Shown piece by piece: positions 54,958 to 64,000 of a stretch of DNA of 64,000 nt. A program made the position numbers and the translations under genes. Position 1 is the first letter of the stretch. Every line of letters begins with the position of its first letter. Under the pieces are notes generated by a model that saw only the letters and a program-made list of their open reading frames with translations, was not told the DNA's origin and did no database searches. The stretch is from NCBI RefSeq assembly GCF_009914755.1, contig NC_060942.1. One strand, 5' to 3'. Origin of the DNA: the human T2T-CHM13v2.0 reference genome, Homo sapiens.

Positions 54958-55370
54958 GTAATACTACTCAGTCATAAAAAGGAATGAATTAGTGGCATTT
55001 GCAGCAACCCGGATAAGATTGGAGACTATTATTCTAAGTGAAGTGACTCAGGAATGGAAAACCAAACATCATATGTTCTCACTCATAAGCGGGAGCTAAG
55101 CTATGAGGATGCAAAGGCCTAAGAATGACACAATGGACTTTGGGGACTCAGGGGAAAAGGGCGGGAAGGGGGTGAGGGATAAAGGACTACAAATTGGGTT
55201 CAGTGTATACTGCTCAGGTGATGTGTGCATCAAAATCTCACAAATCACCACTAAAAAACTTACTCATGTAACCAAACACTCATTCCCCAATAACCTACGG
55301 AAATAAAATTTTTTTAAAACATGTGTTAAGAGGGTAGATCTCATGTTAAGTGTTCTTACCACAGTTAAAT
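52600..55370 (+). mobile_element. L1MA/L1MB 3' portion (ORF2 end + 3' UTR) with nested Alu monomer (about 52810-52970) and L1PB
   Basis: Degenerate ORF2 ([17 protein letters not shown]...[10 protein letters not shown]); 3' end gagggtagatctcatgttaagtgttcttaccac. Confidence 0.88.
54587..55315 (+). mobile_element. L1PB1-like 3' end with internal (TA)n/(GATATA)n at about 54830-54954
   Basis: caaaatctcacaaatcaccactaaa ... aataacctacggaaat with TSD atgtgttaaga on both sides. Confidence 0.88.
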
Positions 55371-55449
55371 TAATTTAACATTAAAAACTGAATTGTGAAA
55401 GTGGTAACTTAGTCACAAGTGCAGAGAAAATGAGAGAGTTGTAGGATAG

Positions 55450-57620
55450 GAGGAAATCATTCAGCGTGCAACAGAGAGATATTAAGGAGATGGGAAATAT
55501 AAAATATCTTTAGACATACAGAATAGAGTATGAATATTGAACACAGATTTAATAATCATTCCTAAAGGAGATGATACAGCAAATGGGGATGAGGTAAATA
55601 TACAATAACTGGTAATTCTACAGACTAGACAAATGGTATGACTTGTCAGATTGAAGAAGTACATTGAGTTCCAGCATGAAAAAAATAAAAAGCAATTCAT
55701 ACTTTGAAACACGAGGGTAAAATTGCCCAATTCTAAATGCAAAAGGAAGTTTTAAAATCAGAGAGATAAGACAGATAACCCACAAAAGAACAGCAAACCA
55801 GATTGACATCAGATATCTCAATAGCAACGAGATAGAACAGGAAGTGATGAAATGAAATCCCTCGTTGGCCAAGAATTTTATAACCATTCAAGAAATGAGG
55901 CCAGATGCAATAAAAGCCAGAAAATAATGAAAACCATCTTCAAATAACTAAAAACTCTATCACCAACTGAAATATGCAAGAATAAATACTAAATTGATTC
56001 ATCTTTGGAAAATGCTGAGTTTACCAAACAAAAATTCCCTAAAGAAAATAAATAATGGATGTACGTAATGGAAAATAAATTTGAACTCACAAAGAAGAAC
56101 TGGAGTACAAGAAGTAAAGATACTGTTAAACGTGACCAAACCTAATATACATTAACTTTAATAACAGTGATGGTAATAAAGAGTAAGTTTTAGATGTTTA
56201 AAAGAAAGGTAGAATTAAAATAGTTGATAGCAGTAACAAGAAATGGAAGGTAATAAAAAGAGAAGTATGGATACGTTTATATTTTACATTTGATTTTACT
56301 TTTTGGTCAAGTGGGCACATTAAGTAAACTACTAAAAGATTATAAATACATCTAAACAAGTAAATAGGAGAAAAGGGGAAATTTTTAAATTAATGTAATT
56401 AGAAGTAGAGAAAATATAGAAAGAAAAAAGAGTAAATAAATATTATAACAGACACTATAAAATAAGAGAGAGAGAAAATATAAATATGTAGAATCAAAAG
56501 AAACAAAAATGATTACATTTGCCTGTTATAAAAGAGAAGGAAGAAAACCTTAGATTGAGTTTTAAAAGCCCAACTTTGTGCGTTTCTAACAGAAAACATC
56601 TAAAGTTTAAGATACAGGAATGTTGAAAGTAAACTGAAGGCAAGGCAAAACACAAAGTTTTGGGAAAAGAGGGTCATTACATGTTATCATTAGAAAAAAA
56701 TGATTCATCAGCAAGATGCAATATATCTGAACTCTTGATAAAATATTCCCTTGAGTGTATTTTAAGTTTGTACACACACAAAAATGGACACAATTATTAG
56801 ATGGAACCTATTGAAACTGCCATAATTGTAGGTCAGTACTGTTAAATAACAACCATTTCATGTGATTCAACCAAAAAAATTGAAAACATGACAATTATAA
56901 TGAGACTTTTAAAAAGGTACATCTTATAAATATTAGACTGCATGAAAAAAGTTTCTAAGGAAATAGAAAATTAAACAGCATAAAACAAGCTTAAGCAAAA
57001 ACAAAAATCAGAGACTATACATTGCTTTTAAACATTCTTGGAACATTAACAAAATTTGACAACATAAGATGCCACAAACACATCTTAACGTGTATAAAAT
57101 AATCAAGAGCCTATAGAACATGGGCTCATGTTTTCAGATCATAATGCAATACAAATAAAAGCCAAAAAGCCTATACTTTTAAAATTAAGAACACGTCTGT
57201 AAGATCTTTAATAAAAGACAACACAATAAGGGAACTTATTACATATTGGAACTACACGATAATGAAAACACTACATCAAAATTTATGAGATGTGGCTAAG
57301 TTGGTAGAGAAAATTTTATAGACTTACATACACGTATTTAGAAGAAAATAGGGATGGAAAATTAATCAGCTAAGCACTCAACCTTGTAGGTTAGATGAGG
57401 ACAATACAAAAATAGGATAAAATCAACTAATCTCAGAAACATCAATACTAAAGACATCATCACAACCTAATTGTATACAGTCCAGAAAGTAAGGCTACTT
57501 TAACAATAAAATATCAATAAATGATTTTATGTTAGGAAATGGAAGCTAAAATTCTGAGATGATCTCTATAGGTACAGAAAAATATTTGATAAAATTCAGT
57601 ATTCATCAAGAGGTATCAAT
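55450..57620 (+). mobile_element. Ancient, highly degenerate L1M (ORF1/ORF2 traces)
   Basis: Long A-rich purine-skewed tract with L1-like motifs (ttttcagatcataatgcaat, aatgaaaacactacatcaaaatttatgagatgtggctaa, atttgataaaattca). Confidence 0.6.
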
Positions 57621-57715
57621 ATATTCTAAAGAAATGTAGGCATGTGAAATCTGTATTAGACATGACATCAGTTTGCTTCACTTCTACTTTAATTATCATA
57701 GTTCTTTAAAAAGAC

Positions 57716-57952
57716 TGCATGTTCTCACTCAGGTGGGAATTGAACAATGAGAACACACGGACACAGGAAGGGGAACATCACACTCTGGGGACTGTTGTTG
57801 GGTGGGGGGAGGGATAGCATTAGGAGGTATACCTAATGCTAAATGACGAGTTAATGGGTGCAGCACACCAGCATGGCACATGTATACGTATATAACTAAC
57901 CTGCACATTGTGCACATGTACCCTAAAACTTAAAGTATAATAAAAAAAAAAA
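57716..57952 (+). mobile_element. Young L1PA (L1PA2-4-like) 3' end, 5'-truncated
   Basis: cactctggggactgttg ... gctaaatgacgagttaatgggtgcagcacaccagcatggc ... polyA; TSD aaaaagac at a ttt|aaaaa endonuclease site. Confidence 0.93.
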
Positions 57953-59850
57953 GACAGGATAAAAAAGTAAAACTAACTTTTTCAAAGCCTCAGTATTCCA
58001 TCACTTACATATCAATTTTTTTGTAAACAAATTTTCCTTAAGATAATTATTTTCATTAATATTAAGAAAAATGTCTTACTGTATTAATGGAGATTTCTTT
58101 AAATAAATTATTCTTAAAGTTTCAGATTTGTTTAATAGAAATAAAATTTTGATGAATTATATTAGAGGTATGATATTCTCAGTAAGTCCTATTATTTATG
58201 CTAAAAATACCCTTTGGGTTTATACATAAAGTGCTTAGCAAAGCAGTTTTTCACTTTCACTTGTAACTCCTTAACAATGTTCCTGACATCACCACCAACC
58301 TCTCTTTTATTCAGGCCTGCAAAATGACAGCCATCCTTAGTTTTTTTCTTACCCCAGCAATTGACTCAGTTCTATTAATACACATTAACAGACCTATCAC
58401 AAAGGACTACCCAGTTTGGCCAGAGAGTTCTGAGATGATATATTTAATTCAAAATGGCCTCCTTCCCAATCTCCCACCTCTTCTCTCTCCTCAGCCCCTA
58501 CACTTCACAACAAGTATTAGGTCTAGACAGGACTGTCCCCTTCACTGACAAAAAAAAAAAAAAAAAGCAGAAAGGATTCAACATGATATCTGTTTGTGGA
58601 TGATAAAAAAAATTTTTAAAGAGAAAATCAACAAAGGGAAACATGAAGAAGAAACAAAATTTAAAAAATATTTATCTGTACATCCAGGAAATCATGAAAA
58701 TCGGCACTCCGATTTAACAGGAAAGAGTTGCAAGACATCCGAGAACAGGTAAGACAATGGGAAGGATATAAAGCAGACTAAAGTGCTCATCAAAGTAAAT
58801 TGAAAATAATGATAAATGCTTCACACAAATAAAACAATTTTTATAAGCACTTAGAAATCCAATAACTGTAGCTGAAAAGAGACTATAGTAGCTTCAGAAA
58901 ATAATAGGCATTAATAAAGTAACAAAGAAAGAAATTCAGTCAGAGAGACGGAAAATACATGGGTATGCGCACAAGTCAAATAATGGAATTGAACATACAG
59001 GTTTTCCTGAAATAGAGAATAAATACAAGATGTATATAAAGTCTTTCCTGAAATAAAGGAAGACCTATGGCTTAACTCAGGTCCTCCTAGAAGCAGATGC
59101 CGAGATGGGTTGAGATGCACGAGAGTTAGCCAGTTAGGGGTCACCAGATATTTGAGGAAAGTATGAAACAAAAAACAGAGGCCATAGCAAATAAATTGCG
59201 TCAAAAGGAACCTCGAAGAGACCGAGGCAGTGCAGAAAGCAGAATAAAACCATGCACACAAGCAGGCTTACAAACAAGGCAATAAACACTTCACTCAGAA
59301 GTTAACTCAGATGTTTGAGAAAAACAGACATGAAACCACTGTAAACTACATGGCTGGCTTATAAATCATAATTGGATTGGTGATACTAATGCAAATGCTA
59401 AATACTGCTTTTGAAATGTACTTATTCTGAGCATGAAAGGAGGGAAGGTGTGTGTGAGGAAGGAAAGGAGTGGTTCAGACCACTAAATCATCATATTCCA
59501 TAGTAGGAAGAAAATCTATAACATCTAAAAATGAAAAATCAAAACCCAGCTTTTAAAACCATTTTCATTTAAGAATATGAAGGTCAATATCTGAAGAGAT
59601 AGCCTAAAGGATTGTGACTGCTAACTTCTGAAAATATAGCATAGTACTGCCATTGTTAGTATGTTTCCCTTGTTTGTTTTTAGACATGGAACTTTAAACT
59701 CCAGCCCCCTAATGAGTGGAATGGGGATGGAAGGAGCAGAGTGGTTAGAAGAATTTTACCGGCTCACTTCTGCTCTATTTGAATCTTTTACAAAAATCAA
59801 GTTATCATTTGTAATTTAGAAAATGATTTTAATATACAAAATACAAAAAA

Positions 59851-60248
59851 AGCATCAGATGCTTATTGCCATCAAGATAATTTCTAGATTTTTCTTGATA
59901 TTTACGGTGCTTCATATTCTGACCTCATCTTCGTGCTGTTGAAAGGGCTCTTTCCAGCACTGTCTCCCTCAATAAATCTGTTGCCCAGGACTTAACTGTC
60001 CCAAATGGTCATGTACTTTCCCATTTTTACCCTCCTTTTATACCATTGCTTTCACTCAATGCCTTTTTCACAATCCCTACTTGTGATGTGGCTAAACGTA
60101 CTTAGATGTCCGGATAACAGTGGATTAATTTTACCCTACTGCATATATGTCCCTGCACGCTCACTAGATATCAAAGCAGAGACTATCTCCACCTCCTCCA
60201 GTACCTACTGAGCATAGTGCCCTACACAGCTTTATGGCACACACACAG

Positions 60249-60286
<38 letters not shown>

Positions 60287-60489
60287 ATGTTTCTGGCAAG
60301 AAATGTCAGTGTTGTTATGCTTGCTATTTATTAAATTCTTGTAATTATGTTGACTTGTAATAGAAATTGTAAATAGAGAGAATATGTATCCCAAGTTACT
60401 ACTCTTTTGATTTGTAAGGAAAAAAATAAAAAATATTATGAGTGCTTAAAAGATAATTTAGCTGTAACAATAGGAGAGGTCTCCCTGCC

Positions 60490-60521
<32 letters not shown>

Positions 60522-61101
60522 ATGTGTGTGTATTTGTGTGTTCTTAATCTGCCACTGTATCATAGTCCATTCAACTTCATATGCAGGGGACTTGTAATTG
60601 GTCTTCTTGACAGAAGATACTATTGATCATGCAACACCTCTGATGCCCTTCAAACCTGGACTTACCCTTTTCTATACTGTGAATAAATATTTGCCATATT
60701 TTTCATGTTTTCACAGTTTCATGAAAAAAATAACTCAAATTCAATCATAGTATCCTATTTATTGTGTTATTACTGGAAAAAGAAAATATTTTATTTAGAA
60801 TTGTACAAATAACTATAATTATATAAATAATAGAGCATGAAAATATGGTCCTACCTTCACATTTGAGAAAACAAAAATTTCTGAAAATATAATTGTTTAA
60901 AATATTCTAAAATACAAAAGAATAAAAGCATTAGATACTCACTGCCATCAAGATAATTTCGGATTTTTCTTCGTATTTTTGGTGCTTCTTATTCTGACCT
61001 CATTTTTGTGCTGTTGAAAAGGCTCTTTCCAGCATTGTCACCCTCAGTAAATCTGATGCCCAGGATTTACCTGCCCCAAATAGCCATATATTTTCCTATT
61101 T
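59851..61101. repeat. Dispersed direct duplication of about 176 bp (59851-60026 and 60927-61101), about 85% identical
   Basis: Manual alignment gives 26 differences in 176 columns. Confidence 0.93.
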
Positions 61102-61109
61102 GAAACATT

Positions 61110-61432
<323 letters not shown>

Positions 61433-62982
61433 TTATGTTTCAGTAATATAGTATATAAAGCTTTCATGGACACAATCTCTCTTTCTATACGGAATACAAC
61501 ATTAAACAATCAATTATCTTCTGCTATGTATGCGAGTATATTCATTATTCAATTGAAACCTTGGTATTGGCAAGTTACAAAACTGAGCTGAGATTTTAAG
61601 TGAAAATCATGTGACCATGTTATATGTGTCTGAAGGTACACAGGATGAAGAAAGCTCTGTGTTTCCGTTCTCTTTGTTTTTCAATGGACACCAAGATGTG
61701 GATATTTATGGGCTGTCTATGGTAGAGCCATGTGTAGTAGCTATGGGATTTCTTAATTTAGCCTGTAGATCTCCACCGATTTCTCTGTTCACTGGATGAC
61801 AGACGGCCATTTGTCAGAAATATTATGGTGCACACTGTGTCTTTGCAATCCCCACAAACAATTTCAGCTACCAAGAGAAAACACTCTGAAAATAGATTCC
61901 AAAATTCAACTGCTCATCTGCTTGTCTCCCTTTAAATTTTTCAGAGGAAACTGTCAGAAGACAGTTTTTTCTAGACTTCATCTGCACTCTTAAAGAGGAT
62001 TTTTTTCTATAGTGCTATAAAAATAAGAAGGTTTTGCCAAAGGAAGAGTGAAGATTGTCTAGTTGGTAAGCCTGACTGATGTTTTCTCCCATGACATTCC
62101 TAGATTTCTTGAAGAAAATGCACCCTTGGTTATGTATGGCATCACTCACCATCTGTTCATGGATACTTCTACATGCAAAGTTGTACATGACTTGGAATAA
62201 ACCAGCTCTAGTTTTATCATCAGTGTTAATTGTAAATACATTATCTGTAATCAGAAATAAATGTTAGTGATACCATGATTTATTTATGACATGACTTACC
62301 ACCTAAACGTATGAATATGCCAAGTAAGTGAAATTATAGTGGGTAAAGCTTATGAAAAGTACTCTATTACTAACCGTTTCTGCATGGAAATTTGTATATT
62401 CTAGGAGTAATTGTCTCAGCTACAGATGGAAAAGCTAGGTTTCAAAGTAGATTTAAAATAGTGTTATGCAGGATTATATAATATTCGTTATTTTAATTAA
62501 CATTTTCATATATTGAAATCATTTACCATTTTATGCAAATGACATCATTTGGAAGTTTAATTTCTAAAATTGTGAAGTTTTTCCTGTTAAATAAAAATTT
62601 ATCAGGGTAAAAGTGATCTTTTCATCCAGATGACTACCTTGACTTCATATTTACCTTTGAAAGAAAACTTTGTTATGGTTATAAACAAGTAAAATTATAT
62701 ATTTTCTAGCAAAAGAGAGATTTCATTAAAGAAAAATAATTACTTCTGGAATTGGGCAGTTTATAATTCACATTTGTAATATAGAATTAGCTTAGGGCAA
62801 CTAAGAAATAAGAATGAAAAATATAGCAGTTCTATTACAGCCCATGGTTAATAAAATAATTACTGTGAAAAAAATGGAAAGATTATAGGAAGATTAGCTA
62901 GACTACAGAAAGAGTGGATGTTTTGAAAAGTAAGTTCCTTTTTTTTCTGTCAGTGACCAGAGTTTTTTAAATCCAGAACTAA

Positions 62983-63305
<323 letters not shown>

Positions 63306-63357
63306 GTGTTCTAAGATCTTCTAAAGCTTCATGCATCTTCCTGAAGAAACTATCTTA

Positions 63358-63608
<251 letters not shown>

Positions 63609-64000
63609 TCAAAACAGGTCACATGTGATTTAAAACACAAGCTTGCTATTCACTCCTACTATCCTCCCTGAAGTGTGACCCATCCTCTTTTTCCCTCTCT
63701 GTGGGTTCCAGATTCTCATTTCAGTAGCCAGCATGTGTGTGCCCTGTAGCCCACGAACTTTGGAAGAAATTGACAGCAACTCAATTCCAGGTGTGGCCAC
63801 ACTGGTGAGCTTAGTTGGTATATTTCGTTTGCTTGATCAGAGCCATTGATTCAGGGATAGACATGACCCAGGCAATGAAAGAGACTTGCATCTCAGCCTT
63901 TTGTTCAAAAGTACTCTCACCCACCAGGCTTACCTGAGAGAGCAGACAGCTCCTACTGTGGCTGTGGCCAACCTCTTTCCAAAGGAGTGGCCACACGACA

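Overview
Primate (most likely human) genomic DNA, AT-rich and dense in repeats. It lies inside the DOK6 gene on the + strand and holds two short coding exons (19606-19744 and 38404-38521; exons 6 and 7 by my recollection of the gene), the second ending in a non-canonical GC donor. The rest is intron filled with Alu, L1, MIR, MaLR/ERV LTRs, a Tigger2a and microsatellites. Nearly all ORFs in the supplied track are repeat-derived or spurious. The most unusual object is at 41041-42825 on the minus strand. It has the layout of a spliced, polyadenylated ERV-FRD/MER50-type RNA (R-U5-PBS, then a syncytin-2-like env C-terminus, PPT, U3-R, polyA) copied back into the middle of an AluJ. Its U3 has since expanded into an 8 x 100 bp tandem array. 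Also notable: a 124-bp near-perfect inverted repeat that I cannot assign to any transposon (43651-44489), an alternative GT donor that would truncate DOK6, a perfect DR4/double-ERRE motif, and local duplications. Repeat subfamily names and reference comparisons are from memory, not from database searches.
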